A stretch of 63,910 bases of DNA from Pocillopora damicornis. Lineage: Eukaryota. The translations under genes were made by a program, and so were the position numbers. This document shows, piece by piece, positions 38,446 to 53,400 of the stretch. The stretch lies in the NCBI RefSeq assembly GCF_003704095.1, contig NW_020846810.1, forward strand, positions 372,001-435,910, in the 5' to 3' direction. Within the stretch, counting starts at the first letter, position 1; each line of letters opens with the position of its first letter. The notes beneath the pieces were generated by a model. It ran no database searches. It saw nothing but the letters and a program-made list of their open reading frames with translations, and was not told where the DNA came from.

Positions 38446-41400
38446 CTTCAAGAGCCCAACGACATAGGACCCCATCACAAAACACAAAACTCTCTACTGG
38501 AAGTCCACAGGCCCAATCATTGCCATTTGCTGAAATAAGGCAACAACAAGCTGAAGAAGAAATGCAGTTTGCTATCGGAGGCCTCCCTTCTCCTCATGCT
38601 GGCCATGAAAGGCCACTACCAGAGGTGAACATGCCGAGTCCAGCAAGAAGAGAGCATCTTTTTCCACTTCCTAAGTACAATGAAACAAGGATTCGAGAAG
38701 TTGGCACTCCAGGTCCTTTTGAGAGGTCAATCAGCCATGCCCATAATGAAATGAATAGCATAACAAGCAAGGGAAAATCTGTGAGAAATGCTTCTTTTCG
38801 TGAAGTTAACAAGGCAGCAGAAGAGATCATCACTTCCTTGTCAGAAAAAGATCGCTTTGTTGGTCTGGAGAAGGTAAAAGCTGCCCTGTGCAAAGAATTT
38901 GGAAAAACAAGTCTTTCTGCTTTTGGTTTCAGAACAGAGAGAGATATTCCTGCCCTGAAGGAGCTAATTGAAAAGCAGGCTAAAGTGAGTTAAATTTTAT
39001 GTAAAGTAGTCACGTTTGGAAGATCCCATCCTTTTTCAGTTTTTTTATGCAGGATTAATTACAAGAATGTTTGCTTAATTGCATGTTCAGTACCAGTTCT
39101 TGTCCATTTTTCAGAGTTTTGAAGTCCCTGACCTTGGTATGGTTCTGTTGTTCTATATTGCAATCTGTTGACACAACATTTTCAAGAAGTGGCATATTGA
39201 GAAAACTATGACCACCTAAAATATTTTGGCTATAACATTCTTGCATTATATCCACTCATGGTTCAAATCAGGGAAAGGCATTTATTTGACCACAAAACCA
39301 AAAACTAATCATGGTAAAAATGCTGCTTTTAGTTCAGTTACCTCACGTCCTATTGGTTCCTTCCTCTAACACAATGTTTAATTGACACGACAAAGATAGA
39401 TTAGTAGAAGCAAAAAAGTCACATTCAATTTATCTGATCTATTTTATCTGTGTGAATCCCGAAGGTCAACTTATTCGTCCATGCGTACGTCATGTCAAAC
39501 AGCATCTCCACTTTGTACGAATTGAACCAAAGCCTTTCTGATTTGTTTTTAAAATCAGACTTCGAGGAGCTCAATTTGGGTCCTCTTTTGAAACAGCCTG
39601 TGGTGTATGACATGTTTAAGGCTCCTCAAGGTCTTCCCCAGGTACCTCACGTAACAACTATTCAGATTTTGAAGCACTTGGAGAACTACATGGACGAGGA
39701 AGATCTGTGGCGCAAGAAAGTTGATTTAGAGAAATTCATGGAGTACCTCTCTGAAGAGTATCAGTGTGGCACTCCTTTTGAACTTGGCGTCCGGATACAG
39801 AGCATTGGACTGGCTATCTCGGTGATGTTACTCAATATTTTGCTTTACGTTCCTTTATTTTAAGCTCAAGATCAAGTCTAACAAAGCGCGCGCGTTATTT
39901 TTGACCTTTTAAAATCATTATTATACGTCTCTGGGTTGGCCCAAAGGGAATTAAAGCATCAGTGAACGAGCCCCCTTGATATCCTTCAGCGACCTCATTT
40001 TGATTAATCAATATGGGCTGTTTATTTGTTTTAACTAATTTGTTAGGTGATTAAAAAAGCCAAACGTTGCGAGAGCGAGAAGTGGAAAGATATCAGAGAA
40101 CAGGTGTCAGCTGACATGGACGAAGAAATCCAGAGACGCTTGCAAAAAATCAAGAAAGATCTTCTTGGACAAGATCATGGCGACTCAAGGAGCTGTGTCA
40201 AGAAATTTCTCGACACATCCCCATCAGACGCCCTGAAGGCGGTGTTCAATTGCTGCTTGGAGATGTTTGAGGGCAGTCGTGAAAAAGGGATCACTCAGTT
40301 CCTAACCACAGTTATTGAGGATTCGCTCGGGAGGCAATTATTTCAGCTCGCACTCTATATGAGTTGTAAGCGTCTGTTGGGAGACGCCTTGGAAAACCTG
40401 GTTAATGAGAGAGTGAAGACAGAGCTCGAGGCAGCTGCCAGCCTGGCAAGTCACACGGAGACAGAAACAGGGCCAGATCCACCAAGCGAAGGTTTGATAT
40501 TTTTTGTTTTAGTTTATTTTGGGGAAAACATTCTGAAACCACCAGGCTGGATTTCGAGCTAAGAGCGTGCTGTACTTCCTCGCTGTATAAGGAACTTATT
40601 GCGCTATTGAGGAAACTACTGTACCACTCGCGTATACGTTAACAAAATAACGCGAATAAAACGCGCCAAAAATCGCATGCAATTGCGAATTTAAACAAAT
40701 CGTGTGCATAAAAAAATCGCACGTGCGCGCATAAACTTGATACATCTGCCTCGTTAGTATGTTTGAAGTAGTCTTTTTGTTTTCCTATTGTTTTCCTATT
40801 GTTTTCCTAGCTGGCGGTTTATCGTTTTAAAGAATAAACTACGATGTGATAGCACTAAACTACTATACGGTTACCAACGACAAGCAAACTTGTTCGTTTC
40901 AATCACCGTTCGAACCGACCTTCCCGATATGCTGTTACTAATGCCACTTCGTAATTGGAATATTTAAATTCCAACGGAATTCTTATATCAAAATAACTAT
41001 TTCTTACTTCGTAGAAAAAAATCCGTCACAAGGGTTTGGAATTTGTTCAAAATAAATTTATTCACTGTGCATCGTAATTCGGTAGAATCAGCTAAGGCGC
41101 CCTTTTGTAACCAGTTGTCGCGTTCTTAATGCAAACACACGCGTGAATGCTTATTTCATAGCTTTTGTCATCGGTGAACATGCTGTTCTCGAAAACTGGT
41201 GCATTCATCCCGCCATTTATACAAGAACAATAACGGTATAAGTTCTAATCGCTTATTTTAATGGTATTCATAGATAGTTCATAGATAGTTCATTTTAATA
41301 ATTTTTCATCGTTTTATATGTGTGTGATAGGAATTATTGTCAAAGAAGTAAATGAGTGGCTGAATAAGGCGGAGCACACTGACCTAGCGACGCTAGCCAG

Positions 41401-44400
41401 AATTGAGGAAAATGTCATGAACAGATATTCAGGATTTGATGGTTTTGAAGCGTTCGGTTATGGTTCCTTCCTGAAGTTCTTGATGAAACACAAAGCGCTG
41501 CGTGAAGCCATAGCTGAGGTTGGTGGAATTGCTTCGTCTGGCAAAAGAGGAACCGGGCTTGGACTTCGAGTGTCACTTGATAGTGTGCTAGATTTTATAT
41601 CTCAGTGCGGAACTGAACCATCTCCGGTAAGTAAAAATTACAATTTTATTAATTCTAGCGTTTAAATATGAAATAACACGAACAAAAGCAACCTCAAAGC
41701 GGAGGAATACTGTAATTCGTGTCTTGTGGTAACAGATCTCAGAAAATCGTATGGAAAAATCTTGGGCTTACTTTATTCGCTGTAAGTAAACTAACATCGG
41801 TACCAACCAGCAGCTTAAGGGATCTTAATTCGTTCACTTAACACATAACCACATATTAAGATCAAAATTCCACAATGTACGTTACGTTTACGGAGACTTT
41901 TGGTCACATTTACCCTTTACAATCCAACATCAGTATGCACATTCTCCGCACTGTTTTGAAACGATTTTTACATGTACTGTATGATACTGACAAGTTGTAC
42001 TAACCTATAGTTCGTAGTAGTATCGTTTTTTTTTTTCTCATGACTTTAATATTAGATCAAGAAGTGATATTTTTTGGCGACATTAGCAGCTTGTCATTCT
42101 AAGGGGTAAAAGGTTTAATTTAATGGACGTTGATTTTTTATCAAGTTTGAACGTAAGCCTATCCTGTTGAGTAAGCTCACTTCTTTTGCCTTTTGTTTAG
42201 GAGTCCATAGAACAGTACTTGTGTGATTACTACAATGTCAGTAAAGTGACGGATCTCGGATTTGGGTCCGCTGCGAATTTGGTGAAAAAAGCTGTAGAGC
42301 GAAAGAAGAACTTTGTAGGGGCGAACATTCCTTCGATTGTTTACGAAGCTGCTCTTTTGCGTCGCAGCTCTGGAGTGGGAGATACGGATGGCACCATCCT
42401 AAGCACTTGTAGCGGTGGTGTTCTGGGTTTTAAGAGTAAAGAAGAAGCTTTAGAAGCTATAAAAAGCACTCCCCTCCTCGAAGATGTTTCCCTCTGGACT
42501 CACTGGGATGAGGTTTTCGGTGGAGAGGTCTCTAAACTTGGCGACCTAAAGTCATTTTTGGAAAATGAAGGGATTCTTTTGAGTACTAGAAAGACATCTT
42601 CCCAAAGTCAAAACCCTCTGGTTGTCATGGAAACATCTCCTGGTGTTCTTCTGCGAGTCACTATGGACACATCGCCGGACATGTTTAGAGAATGCACGCG
42701 TCACCGAGATGTGATAGGAGCGACTGGGCATTTGGTTTCCATGGTAATGATGAATGGCGGTGTTTCTAACACCCCAGTGGCTCTTTTAGCGAATCATGTA
42801 CAATCGTCATTAGCATCAATGGGAGTTGACGACAGAAGTGACTGCGATCATCGATCTACTTTTGTTCTTAAATGTTTGACCCGTATGCCACTCAGATTAG
42901 CACGGGCAGTTGGAGCAAAGGTGTGTATTAGTACTTACGTAGATCGTCGGCTAACCTTTTGTATGAACTCAGACTAGTGTCAAGAGCGCGTCCTGCTCTT
43001 CCTCTCCCAGTCTTCCGGATCATCGTAAATGTTGCCCTTATTAGCTTCAAAACATGGCTGCTTTAGTGCCGTAACAGACTTGGTTAGGAATGCTTTTGTC
43101 AACTCAGTAATGTAAGATAGACGGAAAGCGTCAAGCATGGGGCTTCCTTTTGATTTTAGGCTACCGCTAAGAGGAGCATCAGCGTACAGGAGGCTTGAAA
43201 CAAGCATTAATTATTAGGAGGCTTGAAACAAGCATTAATTATAATCACTGTTATGCGAAAGATACGATGTTTTTGCCATTAAAAAAAACATTTTGAAGTG
43301 CGAAGATAACCGGCGCTCTAAAGGCTTTTGCTTTTTTGGCAACTGAGTTGATACTAGAAATTGGCCACCATAGAGAGTTTATGAGGCTGACGTTGCGAAC
43401 GTTAGCCTTTCGTCAGAATGAACACAAGAATTGTGACTTATGTGCCGTTTCAATACAGGAATATAGGTCTACACTAAGGCTTGTCATGAAGTCTCTCATG
43501 TAGTCTGTGAATGGGTTACTCAAGTACTTTGATTCGCAATATTTCTTCGTTGTTAGACTGAAAATTTGGCGTTTTTTTCCCATAGTTCATTCTAACCACC
43601 AGTCTCTGTTGTCTAGGTTTTCTTTGAGCCTCTCAAAAAGTTAGTTGGCTCAACCGAGGTAGCATCCTTGCTGCTTAGAAGCTGCTTTACCCAGTCTCAA
43701 CGTGACCGTCTTCACCTCCTGGGATTTGTCCTGGGGATAGGTGAGTGGAGAGATGACTTTCTCAGCAGAGTTGCGTGCAAAAGAGAGGAAGACGAAGGCT
43801 TGGTCTTCGGTAGTTACAGTGATGACGAACAAAAGAGACCGATTGGTGTTGTCAAGCCTGTTGCGGCTCATATTTCGTCAACGTTGCAGACAGAGGTGTG
43901 TAGACTGAAATTTCCTTTGATCTTTTTTGAAGCGTATGAAGATTGTGAAACATAGCTGTTGGAATTGCCCCCTTTTGGTACCTCTTATATAATCTTTTTT
44001 GTGTTGTATGATCTTAGAATGGCCTTTCCTGGTGTAATGACTATGGTAACAGCTAATTTTTTATTCAGACTTCCACAGAAAGTGAACCAGAGGGCGATAT
44101 AGCAGTTCCTCAAGATCAGGAAAACTTTGCTGAGAAGGCTGGAGACGAAGGTATTTTTTGTAGGCCTTTATTCCTTCTTTGCTTCCTTTATACCTCCTAG
44201 TTTTCCTTTTATCTTTTGCGTTCTTTATTCCTCGCTCATTGTCTACTTAATCTATAATTTCTGCCGAGTACTTTTATTTTCGGACCTTCTATTCCTCTTT
44301 CCGGCCCAGTAGCCAAACCCTTCACATCATGATGATGTGACCTTGATCCATAATCCTAAATTTTGTCGCCTTTTTTTTACAATCTTAACAGTTACATCGA

Positions 44401-47400
44401 GCACTCAGGATGAATTTCCAGAAGTACCTCCCACTCCTTGTCCTCCTCCCACTCAGCAAGAAGATGAGTGCAAAGCAGTAATCGATCAAATTCGCCGAGA
44501 TGACTTTGGAATCGGTATTGAGCTCGGAGAAGAGGAGTCCAAACTTGTCCAGCGACAGCGCGAAAGAGAAGGTCGTGGCTTAGCACGTCTGTCCAGTGAG
44601 CTCTACTCTAGGGACACCCACTTTGTGTTGGAGCTCGTTCAGAATGCAGACGATAATTCCTACCCAGAGGTGTGCTCTGACCCAGGATTTCCGTCCCTTT
44701 TGTTCGTCCTCGAGCGGGACAGGATCGTGATACTGAACAACGAGATTGGATTTGAGGAGAAGAATATCCGTGCGTTGTGTGATGTCGGAAGAAGTACCAA
44801 AGGGAAACATCGTTATGGCTACATTGGTAAGTGGGTACATATGAGTCTTGCATTATAAAATTAATTTCACCCATTCCAGCAATGAAAATTAATTCTCATC
44901 CAGTTTGCGCACACAAAAAGTTACAGGGATATGACTGCAGATTAATTAAATTAAGGATCAACGCCTATCTACGCTAAAGTTTTCCTAGAGGAATGTTTCC
45001 ACCTGCAAACCTTTCTTTTGATTTTGCGTACAAAATAGCTTGATGTTTCAAAGTCACAAAATCAAAAAAAAACTACAGATTTAGTTACGGATTTATGCCT
45101 ATTTAAACGCAAGGTTTTCCTAAAGGAAAGCGTTCACGTGTAAATGTGTAACGCAGAGTCACAGTGCTTACACACGATATACTTTTAGAACACCTTTCTG
45201 TTGGGTCAGCATTATGATCTACAAAAAGGAATGATAGAAATTTACTATAGATGTTCATTGTTCCGCGCAATTTAAGGACAAAAAGGCATTGGTTTCAAGT
45301 CAGTCTTTCGGGTTACTGATTGCCCCGAAGTCCATTCCAATGGATATCATATTCGATTTGACGCTAAAAGCGGGCCGATTGGTTACATTCTTCCTGAGTG
45401 GATTGGAGGCAATTGTTCGGAGGAAAAAACCATGGATAATTTGGGAGACGAATCTAATGATGATGAGGAAGGAGATAATGGCGGTGGAGTAAGCAGCTCC
45501 GGGGATGAATTTAGCTGGTGAGTTGAGACTTTTATACTCCTTCCGACAGGAGAATCCTTGGTGAATTGTCACCCACAGAAACAAGTGTCTAAACTGAGCA
45601 TGTTTTCAAAATGAATTGTTTCAGGAGAGATTTAAACAAGACCTTCAACTTAAGTCTTGGTGCCACTCGAACGCTTTGCAAACTCATTATTTTGTTTGCT
45701 TGTTACATTGTTTATTCAAAATGCTTTCTTATTCCTCATTTTTCCCCTGTAGCTGGCCGACTCGCATAGTCCTGCCATTAAATGATGAACATCGACAGAA
45801 CGAGAAGTCCTCTCTGGTGCCCAGGTTTCACGATATTCGTCCCTCACTCTTGCTATTCTTGCATCGTTTGCGAGGAATCTTTATTCAAGACAAGGTGGGT
45901 TTCAACTCTGTGTCAGCAAATTAAAGTACTCATTCTTCAGCAGGTTTCTATACAAACATAGGCAATTAAGACTCCAGACAAAAACTCGTAATTAGTATTG
46001 ACTCTCAACGATGCAATATTAATTTTGGTGAATTTCAGTTGTCCTTTTGCTCCTTATCGTTGTTGTTGGTGGTATTCTTATTCATAGCAGCAGCAAGTGC
46101 CATGAACACCATCAAACATCGAACCACACAATTGTCAGATAACATTCTAAATTGTAAAAGGTAAAACTCACCTCTGCTAATTCTTCTTCCTTTTAATGCA
46201 ACAGTTTTCCTGTTCGAACCAGTCAGTTTATTTTTGGCTCTCTGAACGGATTAAAATCTGAGCCATTTCCATATTTCTCAATCTGATCACGAAGTTGCCA
46301 AGATCAAAACTTTATGCCCTCTACATTTGCTGCTTTTACTACTTGGCTGAAATTGCCGAAAATCGCCTAACCTTTCAACTTTTCTCCAGGTACATAACAG
46401 TCGCAGTGAAATGATAAGGAAGGACCTGGGAGATAATATCATGGAAATCAAGCACACCAGAGGCACAGATCGGTGGCTTGTTATCAAGAAACAGCTTGAT
46501 GCTTCAAATGTAAGATGAAAGCTTACGATTATCTTAAAAGTACAAATGTATTGTCGTTTTACTGCTGATAAGGCCGGCAATCAAAGTTTGTTATCATTAA
46601 AATCATTGATATGTAAGTGTTGCCAGGGACGATTGCAAGTACTTGTGCATCACACCGTCTTCATATTTATTTATAAGGCATTTGTACGAATTTTTAGTTT
46701 GTTTAGTTTTATTGCCGTCATCTCTCATTCTACACTGATTTGATCGTTTAAGATTTTAATCGGGTTTTGTGAAAAGCATATTGCCAAAGCCGGACTTCTT
46801 ATTTTAATTGCTTTTGTCACTTAAATTCAATACAGATGAAAGAGGATGTAGAGATGACTGAGCTGGCGCTAGCTTTCCCTTTGTTTGATGGCTTAGGCAG
46901 TACTTCAAGTCTACGGATTAGGCATCAGGTAAAGTTTACCATATCACACTTCAGTTCTTGGCCTGTTTTAATGTTTCCTAAAAATGATAAGGAGTGAGAG
47001 CCAAGCGAAAAGGGTTTTCTGGAATCCCCTGGAATAAAATCACATGAGAAGAAATGTATATCTCTTACAAAACCTGTTGAAATTAATCTACATTATACAA
47101 CTGCAAAAAATACGAAAATATTTTCCTCTCGAAGAGCTTATCTTCCCCAATTTAATGTTGCTTGAAATGTTTGAAAAATTATAAAATTGTAGTTGTAAAA
47201 CACGTAAGCAACATATGCAACATTGACTGAGGGGTGGGGGAGGGAAGTGTCTTGTCTTCATAGGGACAAAGACAAGGGCAATAGAATCTGGCAAATTTGC
47301 GCGCTTAAAGTAGCACAATGGATCTGGCTCATCTGTTCTCTCTATATCCCTTGCAACAAAGGAATATAAAATATGCCCAAGTACATGTAAACCTGGGCAA

Positions 47401-50400
47401 ATTTCGTGATCTTCTAAGAGTAAAATGAAAACAACGAATGGCACTCTAGTATACTCTGTAACTATGTGAATATTTACTTTTATCGGCGACACGGTTACCT
47501 AACGGTTAGCGCGTTAGAGGTAACCTTGCGATGAACCTGCATCTCATCCAGGTATAGTAACGATACCCTTAGACGTCTCATGTCACGGGAACCAGTATAA
47601 GCTCGGGCGCGATGGGTTACTTGGTTTGAGTGTATACCTTAGGCAGCTTTTACTTTTATCAGGGGAAGGCAGGCTTAGAATGTATTTTACTTTATACCTT
47701 CTACAGAACCTGCCGCCACAGAATGTGTTTGCGTATCTTCCCCTGAGAAGTTATGGTTTTCGATTCATCATTCAAGGTGACTTTGAGGTTCCTTCCTCGA
47801 GAGAGGATGTCGACAGTGACAAATCCTGGAACCAGTGGCTAAGGGAAGAGATTCCACAACTGTTTATTGACGCTCTTTCGGTGTTCATGGTAGGAAGACG
47901 TGTAGTTGTTCCAATCAGTCATTTTGTTTCTAGCTTCAAACCCTCCAAATTAAGGAACCAAATCTTACGATTTTGAAATTTTAGGACTCAAACTTCAAAG
48001 TAATTGAAATATTTCTTTCTCTATAGGTTCACCCATCCTTTTCCGGCCTCTCCTCGGTGGTTTCGTATCTCCAATTTGTACCGCTTGAAGAGGAAATCCT
48101 CGACTTCTTCTCGCCTGTTGCACGCCATATTTTAAAACTTCTTCAAAGCAAGTGTTGTATACCTGTTATCGTGTCCAGAAACAAAACTGAGGAACCGACC
48201 GAAGCTGATAATGGAAAGAGCTACAACTGGGTTCTCCCCACTGAGGCTATTTTTTCCGAAGACAGCGTCATACAGGAGCTTATAACTCCTTCCCTTTTGA
48301 AGGAGCACTTAGGGTTGAGCTACCTTCACCCAGAAATTGTTCCAGCCCTAAATCCCACCCTTAGATCCCGTCTCGGAATCGAGACTTTGTCCAGCAGGCA
48401 CTTGATGGACATTGGCAGAGCGGAGGTGAAAAAGGCTTCAAATGAATCAGATGAACCCACATCCCATAGTAAGGACTGCAAACTGGATGTTGTGAGGATA
48501 GCTTGGGTAGCTCGATGGTTGCAGTGCATGTATAGATGTCTCGAGCAAGAGCGAAATAGTAGTCAAGAAATGCTTGATCGAATTCGTTCTCTCAGGGTGA
48601 TTCCGTTAACAGATGGCACATTCGTAAACCTGAAGGAAGAGTCCGTTTTCCTACCGCTGTCTTTGCAGAAAATATCCGAGGAAGCTATTCCAAAGGCCAA
48701 GAAAGGTAGGTCCATATACAGATTTCATCACATAAAAACGGTATTGAAAGTATAATCCTTAAATTTGCTAAACTCTTCACTTTTTGTCTTAAATGATTTA
48801 GCTTTTTATTTTGGAAGAAGGTGGCACAAAAACCCTGCAGATTACGGCTCTTGTCGAGTTATCTTGGGAGATTCAATGTACTAGGGAGACCGAATGCCAA
48901 TACTCGAATGAGTAGTACACCAAAAGTAAATCCATGCCCTGGAAAGCGGCTTGATTTGCATTATCAGATCAGTAAACTGGAGTAATTGGCATTTGATAAA
49001 GCTTTTTCTCAATTTCAGAAAGTAATGTAGGATTTCGTTCTGGTCATAAAATTTTTTCTGATATGTAACTCCAGGATCCAAATCTCAGGAGCAGACGACA
49101 TTCTCGGTGCTCGAGAAAGACCTTTTCACGGTTCACCCGTCTTTGTTCTCTTCGCTGGATGATATCGGTCGTTCTCAAGTTGAACAACTGTTGAGAAGTT
49201 TAGGAGTCAAAGTTTGGAGCCCCAAGGAGCTCGTTAACAGTCACATAATCCCAACTTTCAAGTCAGACAAGTGGAAGGTATTAAATTCGCACTGTACTTT
49301 TGGCAATGATAAATGTTCGGGCGAGAGTTAGAGGTTAACGGCAGTCTCACGCTGTTTTATTGGCTCTAGTTTTCTAATGCATGTAAAGAATTGGTTTCTT
49401 GAATAGAAATTCATCACTCGTAGATATCGTAGAGGCTTCAGAATTTTGAAAACTTGTGTTCATCTCGATATCTGATTTCGTGTCCCAGATAATTTTTCAA
49501 GAGACAACAAGGAAACTTTAGTGCAATCTTGATGTGGGCTGTCAGTGTAATATGATTCCAACACGGATGTACTTTTTCTGATTTACAGTCCAGATCTAAT
49601 GAAGTGTTGAGAAGTTACTTAGTGTACATCTTGGAAGAGCGTTTGAAAGACCCTTCTGTGTGTGATATGGATGAATTAAAGTCCTGCGTACAGATTTTAA
49701 CGGACAAGGGTGTTTCGAACCCAACAATAACGTCGATCCATTTCACGCCCAAATATGGAAGCATAATTGACCTCGCTGGCCGGTTGCCCAGTAAGTGGCC
49801 TTTTATTTACCTGTGTTGTCCCACAGTCGTACTCTTGCAGGTGTAAATCTGGGATGAATTTCACCATTTTGCTGCTGTGAAAGTAGTCGTGAAAAGTCTA
49901 TTTTCGGCGGGAGTGACTGATTTGGTGTGATGTTATCGGCTGACTCAAGTAGCGTAAGTTGTTCAATTCCGATCCATCAGAAGAGTTAAGTCGTTCTTTT
50001 TGTTGGTTTGTTGCGTATATTTCGTTACTAAGTCTTTGGTGTGGTACTGGTAGCTGTTGACAGCTGTTGAAAGGAGTCTAAGTGTTTAAAGTAATGGGGC
50101 AGCTTTCCAGAGTCGTCAGAGTGATGATGACTTCCGCTAGGAGTAGCGAAACGTCAGCCACTCCTATGAATAGCAGTCCCGCTCAGAGCCCCTTTAACCC
50201 AGACAATCAGACTTCACGATCAAATGTTACTTTTGAGTTTCAACCGTTTGCTGTGTTGCTGTGGTACATTGCACTTGATTTGCAGTTCCCTTGAAAAGGA
50301 AGGTAGAAATTAATTAAATGTGTATTTTTTCTTCTCCATTTAGGTATTTCGTGGACTCTTATTGACGAATCATACTTGGACCGGTATGCAGGATTGAAAG

Positions 50401-53400
50401 CTCGTTCAACGGATTGGAAAGAATTTCTTACCAAGCTCGGTGTCAAACACTTTTTGGCCATTAAAAAGAAACAAGTAAAGATACATCGAGACACCATGGT
50501 ACGCTCCTAAATCTTTATCTCAGTACCCACCTGGTTATAATTTTTTTTTACCGAATTGTTTTTATTTTATAACAGTAACATAGCACTTAAGTCTCTCAGT
50601 TTCAACCCAGGAGGTGCATCTTGGAAGTATGCCGTCAGAAAAATAAATAGAAAGTATGAAAGGTTTATGCATGGTTAGGACGTTCAACCAAATATCTCCT
50701 TTTTTGTTTTCTTCAGGCTAAGTCACCTTGGGCGTCCTACGAAAAAATTTGGCAGACAACTCCTGATGGCTTTTACATTATTAATGACTGGGCCTGCGAG
50801 CAGTTTGAAGAATTTCTTCAAAAGATTGACACCACTGATGCAAAGCAACAAATCAGTCCCGAGGAGTCAAAGTTCTTGGCTCAGTGTATAGATGAACGTT
50901 GGGATGACGAGTACGCACAATATGCTGAAGAATCCGTTCGTGTTGAAGATACAAACGGCCATAATCTCAAGGAAACTCGATCTTCCTTCTACCTGAATCT
51001 TATCACCCAACCGTGGATGGCCTCTACCACTGGAGGGAAAGACTTCCATCTTCCAAGAGACCTCTTCGTGCAGAGTGAAATTGTTTATCAGCTTCTTGAG
51101 AACCATGTAAAGTACGTCGCCGCAGATTTAAAGAGTTTGGCTTTCAAAGAAATTCTTCGAATTCGAGAAAATGTAGACGTGGATTGGCTGATGAATGAGA
51201 TGAAGAAGTGGTCAGGTGGCGGCTGCCAACGGATGGATGGAAATCAACGAAAGGAATTTACGACTTCAGTTGCGCACATGAGCAGAGTGTACTCCTTTCT
51301 TCTTGAGAAAACGAATCACAGTGAGGTAGAAAGGAGGAAAATATGTGAGGCATTTTTAAAGAATGAGATGATATTTGTTCCACATCGCCCCCCAAGTCAG
51401 CCGCAGTCAACACGTCAATCAGCTGGATTTTTTTATCTGAATAAAGACGTTTGCTGGACAGATCCAACAGATGTCTCTTCGAAGCTTCTTAAAGAACAAG
51501 ACAAGAAGACCACAAGGCCCTTATTGGAAATCTTCTATGGACGCCAAGGTGCTCAAGAAAGTCTCGCAACCTTTTTTGTCGATCTTATCCGTGTCGACGC
51601 GACACCTAATGGGGGTGAGTACATCGAAATGGCTTCAACTGTTGCTGAAGTTTCTCGTTTTCCCTCTCCGACTTCCTTGAGCGATATGTTGAAAATCTTT
51701 GCAACTTTAGGAAATAAATGTGTCGGACGCGACCATAATGACAGCCTGCGATTTGATCAACAGACCGACGAAGCTATGGCTAATTTTTTGAAACAACACT
51801 TACAAGACGACCAAAAATGCATTTTCCCCACAGCAGATAAATGGGTTGCACTTACTGACAAGCCACTTATAGTCGACGATAGAAATCTCTTGAAAATTTT
51901 CCAGAAGGAAAAAAGTGTCCACTTTCTTGACTTCAGGGATTTTTTTCAACCTCAGAAGCGTGGATCACCCAAACATGGGCCTCCAAACGAACATGAATTA
52001 AGGAAGCACTATGTTTCCTTGTTCTTGAAGACCTGTGAGGTAACAACGTTGAGTAAATGCATTAAGAAAGAGTTTACCCCTGGCGGTTCAGTGAAATACC
52101 AGTGCGTTCCCGTGCAGAAGCATTTCCACCAACTCATTCCATGTGTGCAACGTTTCCTATACTCTAGGTATCAATCGGAATACCAGGAATTGAGCAATCA
52201 AGGATTTGCGCAGAAACTGTCGCAGATGAAATTTGCCACCGTACCAAGTTTGGCAACCGTTTATTCATTGTCCACACACCCTGACGTTCATGTTCACCTG
52301 GAAGAGAAATCTGGCATAGAAGAAGCAGGAGACATGTACTGTCTTTATGTCGCACAAGAGCATCAGGATAATTTAGAAGTCCTAAATGCCGAGATAATAA
52401 AGCTGTTGTTTGGAGGGAAAAAGCAGGGTGCTTCAGACCTCAACAACTTTTTGGTTGCTGTGAAAAATTACAGTGGGAATGATCTTGACAGCTACTTGGA
52501 GGATAAGCAGGACTTGGAGCCATTACCGCAAGACGAAGAACGGTGGATCGTTCTACCTCCTGAGGTACCCGAAATTGTAATGGATGAAGGTGAAGAGGCA
52601 GTGAATGAAGCAGTTCCTTTTCATAAGGAAACCACTACTCCGTCCAGGTCAGGCGACGATGGTCTTCATTCTTGGCCACCAAAATCGTCTGCTCAATATG
52701 ACAAGGCTTTTAAACGTGAAGGGGATCCCGGTGGCAAACCCATCCTAAAGACTTGGCCCTTGCCGGAGCCTCCTGAAACTACAGATGAGCCCCTTAGAGA
52801 AGAGAATCAAGATTATTTGGTTCAGAGACCTACACAACGTGATATTAATACCACAAGAGCGCCAGAAGGCATGTCGGAAAAGCCCCTGAGGGGAGAGGAT
52901 AGGAAACCGGTGCAGGATAATCCTGGTGCGGTCGTCCCTAGACAACAGCGCACTGAAAACGATGCAGAGCAACCACCTGAGGTAATCGTTGAAGATACTT
53001 TGGTGAACAACCAGCAGATAAGTTCTCGTGAAACAGCAAGCGATTTGTGTCCCAATGACAATGAAAACCGTCAGCAAAATGCAAAGCTTGTGGAACCCCC
53101 TCCACCCCAGGTGCCCATTTTCGTAACCATTCCTGGCGATGAAGCGAGGCTAACGTATCCCAGCCGCTCCTATGTCCGGTTTGATGGAAGTCCTTCTGAA
53201 GTTGACTTCGAAGATCTTCAATTTAATGGTGATCAAAGGATCTTGGAGCGGATCCCGCTGGTGGATAACCCTAACAAAGAAGACATTGGTCGTTGGGGAG
53301 AACAGTGTGTGTTTGAATTTCTCCAGGAGCAAGCACGAAGCTTCCCTCCTGGTTCGTGTGAAATTATCTGGATGAACGAAAACGAGAACACAACCACGCC

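Noticed and set aside
40619-41236. TA-flanked DNA transposon in copy C intron 4
   Set aside because: The sequence is copy-specific, but the putative TIRs match only loosely, too weak to call.
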